Positions 9,782 to 20,025 of a stretch of 56,154 bases of DNA are shown one piece after another; position 1 is the first letter of the stretch, and each line of letters starts with the position of its first letter. This DNA comes from an uncultured virus (IMG/VR IMGVR_UViG_3300034072_001506). Taxonomy: Duplodnaviria > Heunggongvirae > Uroviricota > Caudoviricetes. The translations under genes were made by a program, and so were the position numbers. The notes under the pieces were generated by a model. It worked only from the letters and a program-made list of their open reading frames with translations, searched no databases and was not told the DNA's origin. The DNA lies in the IMG/VR virus record IMGVR_UViG_3300034072_001506; one strand, written 5' to 3'.

Positions 9782-10186
9782 TCACAGGGTGCCGTGCTCC
9801 CATGCTTCAATAAAGGGCAGGGGCGAACCGCGGCGGGCGAACTCAGCTTTGAGATCAGCCTCTGCCTTGCGAGTAGCTTGCTCAGCTTCCCAAGCTTCCT
9901 GCTCCTTGGCCTCCTTGACCTGGTAGAAGTGGTTCCAGGAGGTATACTTGATGCCATCCCGCTCGGAACGATAGGCCAGGGCGGCATCCTCTTCCGCCTG
10001 GTGGCGCTCGAACTCTTCTTCATAGGTGTCGAAGAAGTGGAGCATGGTTTCCACCGAGTGACCGCGAGGACGGATACCATACAGGCCCTTGTAAAGGTCA
10101 CTGTAGGATTCCTGGAAAGCCGGAGTCGCCATATCAGCGAGGGTGAGATTACGGATGTTGCCGTTGTCGTTGAAAGCGAGACCCAT
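9782..10186 (-). CDS. hypothetical protein
   Basis: GAGGAG RBS, promoter module 10218-10251; YSDLYKGLYGIRPR motif. Confidence 0.7.
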   Translation of the reverse strand: MGLAFNDNGNIRNLTLADMATPAFQESYSDLYKGLYGIRPRGHSVETMLHFFDTYEEEFERHQAEEDAALAYRSERDGIKYTSWNHFYQVKEAKEQEAWEAEQATRKAEADLKAEFARRGSPLPFIEAWEHGTL

Positions 10187-10275
10187 CTGCGTAACTCCTC
10201 TTTGTTGCTGCCTATGTCCTGGTTGTAACAGAAATAGGTGAGGAGTCAACCACTTTTCCAACCAGAGTTGAAAAA

Positions 10276-12033
10276 TTATCCTACGGCCGATTCTAGTAGA
10301 ATATCCACATGCCACTGACAGAATTCTTCCATAGTCGTCAGGAGACTGAATCCTTGTCGTAGAGCAAATTCACGGAAGTCCATATCACAATCGTTTATTG
10401 TGATATTGAGGTCTTTGAAAAATCTCACATTGGCTTGCCATATGATACGGCTGAATTCCATTTCTAGATCAGCCGGAATCTTCGCCCTTGCCCTCAAGCT
10501 AACATAGGGCAAAGCATACGGAACACGGGTAGAATTTGGGGAATATCTGGATGACACGCTGAGACCACCATACAGGGATCCTACAATAAAGTCTCGTAGG
10601 TCAACCACGTCATAATAGTCAGTGCCCATGTAATCGGAAAAATCCGATAGGATCACTTTGTCAACGATTTTGACGCCTTTGGGCAGAATAGCAATGGCAC
10701 TGGCAATAGTCCCACCAGTCACGCAATCGTCTTCCACCAAAACATATTCACCATCGGGAATATTTTTGGCCTGATCCTTTAATAGCGGGGTACTGGCTCG
10801 ATTTGCTCTATAAAGTGGCTTCAGCTGACTATCGCTGAGAGCAAAAACCCTCGTGGAATCAATCCGATAATCCCCTTCAAAGAAAGGGTCTAGACTGATG
10901 GTGGCCCGGTTACCCACTGCCTTTTTGGCTTGTTCAATCTGCTCGGTGACTGATACAAAATGGACCTTATTCTTCTGTCCCGCTTTCTTGAACAGCTGAG
11001 CAATACCAAGTCGGATGGCACTCTGGAGTTGAATACGACGCTTTTCCAGTTCCTCCATGGAGGGAAAATGAGCTGTAAAGCTATCACCTAGACTCTTCCA
11101 CAGGTCAATGGTAAGGTTTTCTTCATTGCGAATCAAGTAAGGAAGATCACCAGTGTCCAGCTTGTCCCAGGAAAGCAGATAGTCACGCACGGCTGGGTCC
11201 AAGTGATCGTGATTTCCCTCACGCGCCAACTTACTGGAAATATTGCTGCGCGGCACACAAACATGATTGTCAGGGAGGGCTTCCTTAAAGCCCTCATTGT
11301 CAGATCCAAAGACATAGACAACTTTGGCGTTTACTGGTAATTCTAGCATTGCTAGTTTTAGGCGAGAAATCACATCGGTGAAATTGATTTCAGCTGGCAT
11401 ATAGCGAGCAGCCCAAGGATCGCATGCCAGCCAATCGCTATCCTGAGTTGCTAGTTCTACCATTGCGCAACGGTGAACCGCTGGGATTGCGGCAGTGCCA
11501 CCATACTTTTGTCCCACATAGCTGTCATGACCGGGCGCAAAGAAACCAGCAACAACTGCTGATTTGCCGTCTTGTTCAATTATTTCACGGGCCGCTTCCA
11601 TCATGGCGATGTGCCCGTTATGAATGGGGGCCATACCACCGGTGGTAACAAGAACAACCAGCTCTTTACTGGACTTGGCGTTCATCACGCTCTTATAGTT
11701 TTCCAGCAGCTTGTGGAAAGGTGTGGTAGCGAATTTGGGGTTGTAGGCTTTGTAATCCCTAGCCAGCTTTTCAAGACCATCATCAAAGAAGCCTGCCCTG
11801 TAGAGGGCTTCTGTGCTCCGATGATTGTGGTAAATGCTCCAATAGAAGGGATCACTCAGTGCCTTCCAGGCATATCGCTGGTCAGCAGTAAAAGCCTTTC
11901 CAACGCGATTCTGAAGCTGATAACCATGTTTGGCTATCTCTTCAGGGCTGTCAAAGGAATGGACCCCTAGGAGTTTGAAAAGATCCCCCAGAGGTCTATC
12001 CATTGTTATACCACAGGCGTAAGTATCTGTCAT
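10276..12033 (-). CDS. nicotinate/nicotinamide-nucleotide adenylyltransferase (NadD/NMNAT-like) fused to a phosphoribosyltransferase-like domain
   Basis: TTGGMAPIHNGH (HxGH), HDSYV..K, YVFGSDN, ISSK nucleotidyltransferase motifs; C-terminal VLVEDDCVTGGT PRPP-binding loop. Confidence 0.75.
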   Translation of the reverse strand: MTDTYACGITMDRPLGDLFKLLGVHSFDSPEEIAKHGYQLQNRVGKAFTADQRYAWKALSDPFYWSIYHNHRSTEALYRAGFFDDGLEKLARDYKAYNPKFATTPFHKLLENYKSVMNAKSSKELVVLVTTGGMAPIHNGHIAMMEAAREIIEQDGKSAVVAGFFAPGHDSYVGQKYGGTAAIPAVHRCAMVELATQDSDWLACDPWAARYMPAEINFTDVISRLKLAMLELPVNAKVVYVFGSDNEGFKEALPDNHVCVPRSNISSKLAREGNHDHLDPAVRDYLLSWDKLDTGDLPYLIRNEENLTIDLWKSLGDSFTAHFPSMEELEKRRIQLQSAIRLGIAQLFKKAGQKNKVHFVSVTEQIEQAKKAVGNRATISLDPFFEGDYRIDSTRVFALSDSQLKPLYRANRASTPLLKDQAKNIPDGEYVLVEDDCVTGGTIASAIAILPKGVKIVDKVILSDFSDYMGTDYYDVVDLRDFIVGSLYGGLSVSSRYSPNSTRVPYALPYVSLRARAKIPADLEMEFSRIIWQANVRFFKDLNITINDCDMDFREFALRQGFSLLTTMEEFCQWHVDILLESAVG

Positions 12034-12072
12034 ATCACCTATTTGCTATAGAAGAGGTGATCTGTCAACCGA

Positions 12073-12462
12073 TCAATAGCCAAAAACCCCAGCGCCGCTC
12101 AGGCAATCGATCTCTTCATCTTGCGGTTCTTGTCCCACCCTTTCCAGGGCTTCATTCTTGTTGTAGATGAGCAAAGCTTTCTCGCTGAGTTCCTGAGCCT
12201 TGACATCGAGCTCATGGACTTCCTTGGCCGTGAGCTTGCGATCCGAGAGGGCCTTGGCAAGGTCCATCTTCAGCGCATTACATTTGCCCCCAGAGTAGCC
12301 ACCTTCAACTATCTCACTGGCCTGTTCGTATTCCGAGCGCGATGCTTCCTGATTGGGACGAACCCAATGATCAGGAAGCATATGCCAAATCCCAGCGAGG
12401 CCAGCGCCCACACTCAGGACCATAATGGAAGTGGTGAAAACGGTATTTGGGCTTTTAGCCAT
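12073..12462 (-). CDS. hypothetical membrane-anchored protein
   Basis: N-terminal hydrophobic helix; coupled to the upstream ORF. Confidence 0.65.
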   Translation of the reverse strand: MAKSPNTVFTTSIMVLSVGAGLAGIWHMLPDHWVRPNQEASRSEYEQASEIVEGGYSGGKCNALKMDLAKALSDRKLTAKEVHELDVKAQELSEKALLIYNKNEALERVGQEPQDEEIDCLSGAGVFGY

Positions 12463-12856
12463 TCAACATATCCCATTCCAAAGCCAGATTGGCGTAAAAG
12501 GCATTTTCTTCTGCCTGCATGAAGTTGCTGGTGACGCTGGTCGAACGCTCAACGTGAGCGTTGCCGCGAATGGCCTGGCGAAGGATGCTGTCGTAGATGA
12601 ACTTGACTGCTGCCTCTTCGGTCTGCGGCTGAGCTTCGCTCAGTTGGCTAGCATCTCGAGCGCTCTTCCAGTTCGTGATGGAGACCAGATAGTGCCGAGC
12701 CACTGCTGCTTGCGCGGTGGACCGCATCACGCCCTCCATCCAGGTAAAAGCATGGACAGGGTGCTCTTCCAGTTGTTCCTTGAACTTGGACAGTTCCTCG
12801 TTATTGCGGTTGACCACATTGTTGAAAAACCGTTCGACTTCATCCAGCTTGAGCAT
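12455..12856 (-). CDS. hypothetical protein
   Basis: AGGAGATCG RBS before MLKLDE. Confidence 0.7.
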   Translation of the reverse strand: MLKLDEVERFFNNVVNRNNEELSKFKEQLEEHPVHAFTWMEGVMRSTAQAAVARHYLVSITNWKSARDASQLSEAQPQTEEAAVKFIYDSILRQAIRGNAHVERSTSVTSNFMQAEENAFYANLALEWDMLNG

Positions 12857-12881
12857 TTCGATCTCCTCTAAATTGTTCATG

Positions 12882-12916
12882 TCACCAGTTCTAGCAGAAC
12901 TGGTGAATATGTCAAC
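12882..12916 (-). promoter_or_regulatory. early promoter module TTGACA-N16-TAGAAC with TCACCAGTT-N7-AACTGGTGA inverted repeat
   Basis: Read directly; -35 overlaps the TGA stop of the upstream gene. Confidence 0.8.
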
Positions 12917-13136
12917 CAGAAAACGCTTTGAGCATCAAACGATAGATGCGAGCCTCAGGTGTCTGGTCTTCGGGAAGAAACCCGCGTCCACAACGTCCGG
13001 TGGTATGACAGAGCGCTGACCAAGTGCTGTCATAGAACCTGCGGATCATTTCCTCGTAGGACAACTGACCCGCAAATCCTGCATTCTCATGAAGAGCATC
13101 AACAAGCTCTTCACGTTCTTCCTTGGTCAGGCTCAT
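12912..13136 (-). CDS. hypothetical protein
   Basis: Start MSLTKEE after AGGGGAAG. Confidence 0.6.
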   Translation of the reverse strand: MSLTKEEREELVDALHENAGFAGQLSYEEMIRRFYDSTWSALCHTTGRCGRGFLPEDQTPEARIYRLMLKAFSG

Positions 13137-13146
13137 GTCTTCCCCT

Positions 13147-13401
13147 TCAGCCCAGGATCTTCTTGCCGGCTTCGTCAGTCCACAGGGGGCTGAGCGTGTC
13201 CCGGATGGTAGCAATCCGCTGGCACTGGTCGTCCGACAGACCGGTCATGCCCTGAATGTCGCTCATGCTTTCGCCGTCCAGGACATCGCAGAGTGCGTTG
13301 ATGAGTTCCTGAACACTGACACCGCTGCCGGTGTTGGCATCCAGCATGATTTCGGTCCGGTCGGTCATCGAAGGCGCGATCTTTACATCGAGAGTCATCA
13401 T
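13147..13401 (-). CDS. hypothetical protein
   Basis: AGGAG RBS; promoter module 13431-13464. Confidence 0.65.
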   Translation of the reverse strand: MMTLDVKIAPSMTDRTEIMLDANTGSGVSVQELINALCDVLDGESMSDIQGMTGLSDDQCQRIATIRDTLSPLWTDEAGKKILG

Positions 13402-13458
13402 GTCTTTTTCTCCTTTGTTGCTGTTCATGTTCTCGTTTTAACAGAACAGGTGGAGACG

Positions 13459-13806
13459 TCAACCAGATTTTTTCGCACTGATGATTTTCTGGGCTAGGTC
13501 ATTGTAAACCACTACATCACCCCAAATTTCTTCGGCCACCCAACCTCTTCTGAGCAGAAACGCTTTCAAATGCGGATTGTGTGGATGTTCAACACCGAGG
13601 GCGAACTTGTCTTCCCAGGTGTTGAGGAATCGCGTGAAATATCCCTGGCGTTCTTCAACTGCCTGGATGTTGGCCATGATGATAACGCCGGGATAGCGGA
13701 TAGAGCGCCTACAATAGATCTCGAGTCCCTCGGCTGCTGTCCATTCGCTCCGCAAGCGAGTAGGGTTCTGAGAAGCTTCTAGGGCATATTCTTCAAAGCT
13801 TCTCAT
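13459..13806 (-). CDS. putative GNAT-like acetyltransferase
   Basis: MANIQAVEERQGYFTRFL and N..LKAFLLRRGW resemble GNAT motifs A/B. Confidence 0.5.
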   Translation of the reverse strand: MRSFEEYALEASQNPTRLRSEWTAAEGLEIYCRRSIRYPGVIIMANIQAVEERQGYFTRFLNTWEDKFALGVEHPHNPHLKAFLLRRGWVAEEIWGDVVVYNDLAQKIISAKKSG

Positions 13807-13810
13807 CGAC

Positions 13811-14269
13811 CTATCCTAGCTCTACAAAGACCTCAACAATTTCGCGATCACCCGGTAGATTGTTTTCGTCTACCTCCATGACCTCCCACCAGTCAGGCGT
13901 GTCACTGAAGCTATACTTCTTGGAGGAGTAGGTGTCAACCTGCCTGGTCAGTGGATCAGCCATCCGATGTTTGATGATCGTCTCAAACAAAGACTGAACG
14001 TAGGAGAGATTGAAGCTTGTGATTTCATCCAGCTTCTCGGTATCGAGAAAGGCTCGATAGTCGCGCAGGTTGATAGGCTCGAAATCGAATTCGTCACCCT
14101 CACCTTGGATGGTCAATGTTTCACTGACTTTCAGGATTGGATAAAAGCCAAACACTTCCAGGAACTTGGCCTTGATATCGTGGCCCAGATTTTCCTCATC
14201 AGAATCCTCGAACATTGGACGAGTGCCAATAACATGGAGGCCACCCTTGCTGATATAACCGCTGAACAT
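13811..14269 (-). CDS. hypothetical protein
   Basis: Coupled to upstream ORF; GGAGG RBS. Confidence 0.6.
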   Translation of the reverse strand: MFSGYISKGGLHVIGTRPMFEDSDEENLGHDIKAKFLEVFGFYPILKVSETLTIQGEGDEFDFEPINLRDYRAFLDTEKLDEITSFNLSYVQSLFETIIKHRMADPLTRQVDTYSSKKYSFSDTPDWWEVMEVDENNLPGDREIVEVFVELG

Positions 14270-14454
14270 CAGTTGGCCTCCACGCTGAATGTGTCGAAAT
14301 CGTCGGCGATTACTTCCCCGTCCAGATAAACTTCGACCGCGACCTGATAAGTGTTGGTGTTGGAAAACGGTTCCCAGCTTTCGCCGGCCTTGACCCTGAT
14401 AGAAAGGTTTTCCTTGAGATATGCCTTCAAGGCGCTGATCATTTCAGGATCCAT
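14269..14454 (-). CDS. hypothetical protein
   Basis: AGGAGATCG RBS; promoter module. Confidence 0.65.
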   Translation of the reverse strand: MDPEMISALKAYLKENLSIRVKAGESWEPFSNTNTYQVAVEVYLDGEVIADDFDTFSVEAN

Positions 14455-14508
14455 TGCCGATCTCCTTATCTTGTTAGAACCAAAGCTTTAACAAAAACTG
14501 GTGAATTG

Positions 14509-14784
14509 TCAACTGGAAATCTTCAACAGATACCGACGCTTGGCTTCCTTGTGGATAGCAGCGGAGAGCCCACAAAGAAGCTCGTCATACGCTTTGTCCT
14601 CAAAGGGTTCCCATGTAGCTTTGTGATCATCACCAAGGCTACAGGGAAGCCCAGCTAGCGTCTCCCAAAAGACTACTAGATCAAGCTGGGTCTTGCGGTT
14701 TGGTCGCTCTCCCTTATTGAGATTGGCAACCGCAATAGTCAGAAAATTGAGAAAGTCCTCATCCGTCATATCCCTGAATAGCAT
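14509..14784 (-). CDS. hypothetical protein
   Basis: GAGGAGG RBS. Confidence 0.6.
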   Translation of the reverse strand: MLFRDMTDEDFLNFLTIAVANLNKGERPNRKTQLDLVVFWETLAGLPCSLGDDHKATWEPFEDKAYDELLCGLSAAIHKEAKRRYLLKISS

Positions 14785-15166
14785 GAGGACCTCCTCAGAT
14801 TAGTTGGAATTCATGTGGTCGACAGCCACATAGTTGGGATTGCTCAACATGGCATAACATTGATATGCCTTGTGCCCGTCGGCGCGGCATTCCTGGTACA
14901 ACATAAAGTTCCAGATCAACGCGGCGACCATGAGCAGAGGAACGATAATGAACATTCCACTAAAGATACGCGGCATTTTATACTCCTCGCTTGTAATCTG
15001 CGAACAACTTGATCCGCAGATTTTCAGGATCAGTGTTACGATTTTGGATAGCTTCGATCATGGTGTCAGCATGGGCAAGCACCTTGTTGGCAAGGTTGAC
15101 TACTACATAGAGTGGTTCGCGCTTTGTGATCTGCTTTGCCATTTTCGATCTCCTTGCTGTTTCCTA

Positions 15167-15202
15167 TGACTCTGGTGTAGCAGATTCCACACCAGAGTCA
15201 AC
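15167..15202 (-). promoter_or_regulatory. early promoter module with 12-bp inverted repeat TGACTCTGGTGT-N10-ACACCAGAGTCA
   Basis: Read directly; followed by AGGAGATCG-ATG at ~15140. Confidence 0.75.
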
Positions 15203-15208
15203 CACATT

Positions 15209-15538
15209 TTAGTGGTTGGTGTTCAGCTTGCCCCGCGCCATCGCGCTGAAATACTGGCTGGGCATATCGGTCGCGAGTCGAGGAGCCAGGATCGCGCGGT
15301 AGTTGTTGCCCATGACTTCATAGCCCTTGGCGAGCTTTTGGCGGAGCAGATCAGCAGGGACACCGTTGATCTCGGTCTTGAACTTCAGTTGACCGTTACG
15401 GCGACCCCAAAAGCGCACCAGGGTGGTGCCGACCTTGGCGAGACCCCAGACCTTGTCATTTTGTGCCGCACCGCCACGAGCGCCGCGTTCGCCTTCCTTG
15501 AAGAAATGAGCTGCGGTGATGATTTCAACCTGTGCCAT
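15209..15538 (-). CDS. WGR-domain-like protein
   Basis: DKVW...VRFWGRR...QLK...KLAKGY pattern; AGGAGATCG RBS. Confidence 0.65.
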   Translation of the reverse strand: MAQVEIITAAHFFKEGERGARGGAAQNDKVWGLAKVGTTLVRFWGRRNGQLKFKTEINGVPADLLRQKLAKGYEVMGNNYRAILAPRLATDMPSQYFSAMARGKLNTNH

Positions 15539-15822
15539 GTTTCGATCTCCTTGCTAGTGTCTGCCTATATCCTGGTTTTAACACAAATAGGTGATACGTC
15601 AACCAGTTTTGAGATTATCGGGTGCTGGAAAGAACGCCCCAGGCGGAAATGGCACCCATTGCGAATAGCGGCAATGCCCAGTGGGGCGCGCCAGCTAGCA
15701 TACCCACCGCCGGCGCGATCGTTATACACCCGATAAGTTCTCGAAGAGTGATAAGCGACTTTTTGGTCGGAGTCGTTTCGCTATTGTTCACGATTTTGCC
15801 CTTTATGTTGGCCTACTGGTGC

Positions 15823-16137
15823 TTAGGAGCACCAGTAGGTTTCGCTTGCTACGCTGCAAGTAAAGGGAAGGTCGATGGGTTCTTCGACCAGCTTGCCGGT
15901 CAGGGCGTTCTCCACCAGCTTGTAACCTTCGCGTGGGGTGGGGATCTTCAGCGCCGACTTGATGAACTGGTGAGCAGCCTTCGCAGTGCGGAAAGTGTTG
16001 ACCCAGCAACGTGCCGCCTTGGGCACATAATAGCCGTCTGCGAGGATGATCGAGACCTGCTCATTGTCCGAAGTGAGGCTCAGGCTCTTTACGCGCTTGT
16101 CGAGAGCCAGCTTTGCGAGGACCTTACCGTTCTTCAT
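15823..16137 (-). CDS. hypothetical protein
   Basis: AGGAGATCG RBS before MKNGKV; promoter module. Confidence 0.7.
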   Translation of the reverse strand: MKNGKVLAKLALDKRVKSLSLTSDNEQVSIILADGYYVPKAARCWVNTFRTAKAAHQFIKSALKIPTPREGYKLVENALTGKLVEEPIDLPFTCSVASETYWCS

Positions 16138-16194
16138 TTCCGATCTCCTGTTTGCGTTTCCGATAAACAAGAGATAGCAGAAACTGGTGAAAGG

Positions 16195-16614
16195 TCAACC
16201 AGTTTTTGTGAACAGGTTGATAATTTCATCCCAATCGGTATCCGGATCAAAGCCGGCTTTGTCATCCAGGAGGATGCTGAAGTAGAACTTTTTCTCAAAG
16301 TTGCCCGAGGGCGTATTCTCAATCTCGGGGTTCTCGTTGAAATAGTCTACCTTGATACCATGGCTAGCAAGAAAGCCAACGATAGCAGGATATTCCGCAG
16401 GATGGCACGATGACCAGAGGATCAGCCGATGGTCAGGAATCGAGGTTATCAGCCTCAAAGCTTCCACGGCCTTTGGGGTCGTGAAGGTATATCCACCCTG
16501 CTCGTAGTTTGAGCGGAACACCACTCCGTGGAGATCAACCGCCCAGTAAATCAGTGGCTCATTGCGATCAACTGATACCTGCAGGGCTCGCTTAATGGCT
16601 TTGATGATGCTCAT
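16195..16614 (-). CDS. HAD-superfamily-like phosphatase (phage type)
   Basis: AVDLHGV motif I variant, ILWSS motif II, LLDDKAGF motif IV. Confidence 0.7.
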   Translation of the reverse strand: MSIIKAIKRALQVSVDRNEPLIYWAVDLHGVVFRSNYEQGGYTFTTPKAVEALRLITSIPDHRLILWSSCHPAEYPAIVGFLASHGIKVDYFNENPEIENTPSGNFEKKFYFSILLDDKAGFDPDTDWDEIINLFTKTG

Positions 16615-16623
16615 TTTGACTCC

Positions 16624-16651
16624 AATTGGGGAGGCAGTAACCTCCCCAATT
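16624..16651 (-). terminator. hairpin AATTGGGGAGG-cagtaa-CCTCCCCAATT
   Basis: Perfect intergenic inverted repeat after 16657-17019. Confidence 0.55.
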
Positions 16652-16656
16652 CTACC

Positions 16657-17019
16657 TCACTTTTTGAAGAATGCCTGGAGACGTTCATCGGCCTCAATGA
16701 GGTCGAGGATGCCCTTTTTGTTCATATAGCCCACCGTTCGGGAGTGGTATCCGTCACCGTAGGGCAAGTGGATCAGGAAAAACTTGTGCTTGGCATTAGT
16801 GCCGCGCGGCGCCTCGACGACCATGTAGACTGCCTGACCATCGGCCACGCTTTCACGATAGATCCGACCGGTGTTCTTTCCCGTATAGCCCAGGTCGGTG
16901 AAATACTTCTTCACCGCTTCCTTGTGTTCATCCTCGTCCTTCTGGACCTTGTCGAGATCGAAGTTGCGGTAATCGACCGTCGGGACGGGAACTTCGTTGG
17001 GAACAGTAAAAACCTTCAT
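16657..17019 (-). CDS. hypothetical protein
   Basis: AGGAGATCG RBS before MKVFTV; promoter module. Confidence 0.7.
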   Translation of the reverse strand: MKVFTVPNEVPVPTVDYRNFDLDKVQKDEDEHKEAVKKYFTDLGYTGKNTGRIYRESVADGQAVYMVVEAPRGTNAKHKFFLIHLPYGDGYHSRTVGYMNKKGILDLIEADERLQAFFKK

Positions 17020-17453
17020 TTTCGATCTCCTGTTTGCTTCCGATAAACCAATCATAGCAGAACAGGTGATGCTGTCAACCTATTTCACCAGCTTTTTTCG
17101 CCCGCTGGTATTCTTCCCAGGGATCCTCAAACAAAGCTGCAGGACAGATATCATCTTCATAATACTTACAGGCGTGTCGCGTAGTATGGTTTCCAGGTTG
17201 GATGTCATCATCGTAAATCAGACCATAACAATGAGTCATATGAGCCCAATAACTGGGATGATCTTTTGTTAGGCGCTGATCGCGAGTTAGTTCTGCCATT
17301 ACCACTCGCCGCTTGTTGGCAACTTCTTCCTTTTTTGCCTCCAGCTGACTAATCAAGTATCCAAGAGCTTCCTCTTGGATACCCAATGAAGACGAGTCTG
17401 AACTCTCGGCGACTGCCCCCAGCGCAATAAGAATCTGCTGGAGAAGCTGGCGA

Positions 17454-17966
17454 TCAGTCAAGCCACACTCCAAGCTCAGGAGCCGCTTCGGCATAGGCAG
17501 CTTGGAAGGTATCTACCTCCATGATGGGATGGCGCAGGATCACCGTATCCACACAAACCGGCTCACTTTCATAACCAGTCAAAAAGCCAATGAAAGTGTT
17601 GGCCCCCTTGCCGTCAACTTCCCAGCGACGACGGGTCACCACCACAAAGTTGCCCTTTTTGCGCACATAGTAATAGGACTGGTCACCCGAGCGATCACGC
17701 TCATACCAGAAGTATTTGCCGCTAGAGCAAAAGCTTTCCAGCAACTTTCCTGAATTCTGTCCCATGAAGTTATCCATGAGATACATGAAGGCGGTCTTGG
17801 GATCGCGGACCTTTTCCCGTCGTTTCCAAAACGTATGCTGATGAGTATACCGACGATTCCAACTCCCAGAGACAGAGAAGCCTGCCTTACGCAAAGCCCT
17901 ACGCCGCTTGCGTTCCATGTGTTCCTCGGTCAGAGGGGCACGACCATAACCATACTTCTTAGCCAC
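17454..17966 (-). CDS. hypothetical basic protein
   Basis: GTG start after AGGAGATC. Confidence 0.6.
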   Translation of the reverse strand: MAKKYGYGRAPLTEEHMERKRRRALRKAGFSVSGSWNRRYTHQHTFWKRREKVRDPKTAFMYLMDNFMGQNSGKLLESFCSSGKYFWYERDRSGDQSYYYVRKKGNFVVVTRRRWEVDGKGANTFIGFLTGYESEPVCVDTVILRHPIMEVDTFQAAYAEAAPELGVWLD

Positions 17967-18103
17967 GTTTGATCTCCTTGGGCGCAGTGAGCGGAAGACT
18001 GTTGCGCACGAACTCTCGGAATTCAGCGTCACTAAGCTTGCTGTTGTTGACGTTGGCCCTGAGAGTGGCGCAGAGGCTCACTGCCATCTGTTCGGGTGTA
18101 GGA

Positions 18104-18688
18104 TTAGCCATTCTGAAGCCACTCCCTGACTTCGGTCCGCACACCAAAACCGTTGTCAGGTTGGTAGGCCCGATAGCGGCGCTCGAACTCGTCCATGTCA
18201 TCGCGATGGATGCGGATGCTGTGATAGTTGCCGCTATCTTCGTTCTGGAAGCGGAGCCCTTCACCAAGCGCGGGGTAGCCCTCGATCCGTCCGGTGATAT
18301 AGCGAGAGCCATACTGACATTGCTGACCCAGTCGCGACCGGCAGAAATCACCGAACAGGCTGTAACCGCCGTCATTGAAGTCGGGATGGATGATGTTGCA
18401 GAGTACCGCCGCGTTGTTTTCGCTTTCGTCGCACTCTTCCATAACCATGTTGGGACCGTCCATCACGGGCTCCACAATGCCGGCCTGCCGGAATATCGAG
18501 AAGAACTCCTGGAGAAGCCAGGTCTGATTGTGCCCCGTGGCATCGAGGCGTCGGGCCGAGCAGTAGGCTTCGATCTCGCCCTCGCGAAACTTGCGAGTGG
18601 ATTCGAGAGTGAACATCTTGCCGTTCTCATTGAATCCAACGGTCACCGTGGCGTCATCATACTGGATCTGTATGTTCGATCTCCTCAT
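18104..18688 (-). CDS. hypothetical protein (true start uncertain, possibly ATA at 18673)
   Basis: 194-aa ORF; the AGGAGATCGAAC RBS is followed by ATA rather than ATG. Confidence 0.65.
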   Translation of the reverse strand: MRRSNIQIQYDDATVTVGFNENGKMFTLESTRKFREGEIEAYCSARRLDATGHNQTWLLQEFFSIFRQAGIVEPVMDGPNMVMEECDESENNAAVLCNIIHPDFNDGGYSLFGDFCRSRLGQQCQYGSRYITGRIEGYPALGEGLRFQNEDSGNYHSIRIHRDDMDEFERRYRAYQPDNGFGVRTEVREWLQNG

Positions 18689-18735
18689 TGCCTATACACC
18701 AACATTAGCTAACTTTGGTTAGAAGTCAACCAGAA

Positions 18736-19020
18736 TTAGCTGTCCTGTCCCGCTTGATCAAAGCCCTGATCGAAAGCAGAACTTCTACCCAGCCACTCGT
18801 CTTTCCGAGGAACACCATCCATGTGGAACTCTGTCCCTGCTCTGTAACCCTCACAGTAATCATTCTGCTCTTCGCGAAGCCGATTGAGCTCTGCCTCCAG
18901 TTCGTCGATATCTTTTTGGTGATCTTTGGTTTCTTGTTCAGTGAGGTTCCCGAACATGACCGCAAAACGCTTTTCCTCGAGTTCTTCCCGAGTCTGCTCA
19001 ATGGCCTGGTAGTGAATCAT
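18736..19020 (-). CDS. hypothetical acidic protein
   Basis: ATGA-coupled to the upstream ORF. Confidence 0.6.
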   Translation of the reverse strand: MIHYQAIEQTREELEEKRFAVMFGNLTEQETKDHQKDIDELEAELNRLREEQNDYCEGYRAGTEFHMDGVPRKDEWLGRSSAFDQGFDQAGQDS

Positions 19021-19252
19021 GCGGTGATCTCATCCTTGCGTTCGTAGAGCCATCCCATGATGAGCTCAATGTCGATATTTTTGAAGCCTTCCATGCCCAG
19101 GCTTCCCTTGAGGTAGTCGAGGAACCGCACCTCGTCTTCGAAAATGTCCGGAATCTGTCGGAGACCCAGGAGGATGCTGTTGGCCTTCCATGCCTTGAGA
19201 AAGCCAAAGTCAAAGGAATTGGCGTAGTTCTGAAATGCGGTCGACAATTCGT

Positions 19253-19558
19253 TCATGCTACGATCTCCGGGGTTGGGCAAGGATTGGTCCAAATTCCCCG
19301 CATCAGATAGGGCAGACGTTCGTCATCACCCTCGAGATAGCAAGAAATCAGACGAATAATTGCCTGGAAGTTGGAATGGGCATAGGCAGTTTGGTTAGCT
19401 AGCCCCCAGGCCTCGTTGCGATTGCGGACGAGTTGGGCGTTCCAGCGACGATCGGTTCCCCGGCTCAACGTTCCAACCTGCTCACCTTCGCGCAGGATCG
19501 CATAGTGGCGATATACCTGCACCGGAGAGTCTTTGGTTACTTTGAGCTGGATCTTCAT
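19253..19558 (-). CDS. hypothetical protein
   Basis: GGGAGATCG RBS; promoter module 19581-19616. Confidence 0.65.
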   Translation of the reverse strand: MKIQLKVTKDSPVQVYRHYAILREGEQVGTLSRGTDRRWNAQLVRNRNEAWGLANQTAYAHSNFQAIIRLISCYLEGDDERLPYLMRGIWTNPCPTPEIVA

Positions 19559-19620
19559 TTCCGATCTCCCTATTGTCTATACTCTGGTTGTAGCACCAGA
19601 GTTGACAACGTCAACCAGAA

Positions 19621-20025
19621 TTATTCAATACGTTTATGGAACTTGAGCCAGTTCTGTCTCTGCTGATATCCCATAGACGCAATGCGATGCGCAGGCACGT
19701 CAACAAACTTCCTTCGATCTAGGCTCTTTAAAATGATATATTTGCTACCATCCCATTGCCCAAGCGACCATTTGCTTTTGTTGGTAACTTTGCGATCAGT
19801 TGGGCAATGGATTTCCCCATTGCTGCGAAAATTCCAATGATCACTTATTCTCAAAGAACCAAGTGGTGTATGTTTCCATCCTTTTTCGCCCGGTTTTAGA
19901 TTATAGTAGGAGTGACCATATGGAGACTTACACCCAACCTTCCAAGACATAATTTCCAAGATCAACTCCTCGGGCATATGCCACGGAATATTGTTCTCAT
20001 GAATAATTTGTTTTGGGTTATTCAT
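19621..20025 (-). CDS. hypothetical phage protein
   Basis: KSPY..SYY...LRISDHWN motif; promoter module upstream. Confidence 0.7.
   Translation of the reverse strand: MNNPKQIIHENNIPWHMPEELILEIMSWKVGCKSPYGHSYYNLKPGEKGWKHTPLGSLRISDHWNFRSNGEIHCPTDRKVTNKSKWSLGQWDGSKYIILKSLDRRKFVDVPAHRIASMGYQQRQNWLKFHKRIE

Noticed and set aside
15622..16413. 263-aa + strand ORF (likewise 17969-18712, 22144-22800, 22769-23518, 25594-26280, 48038-48763)
   Set aside because: Antisense shadows of RBS-supported minus-strand genes; no motifs of their own
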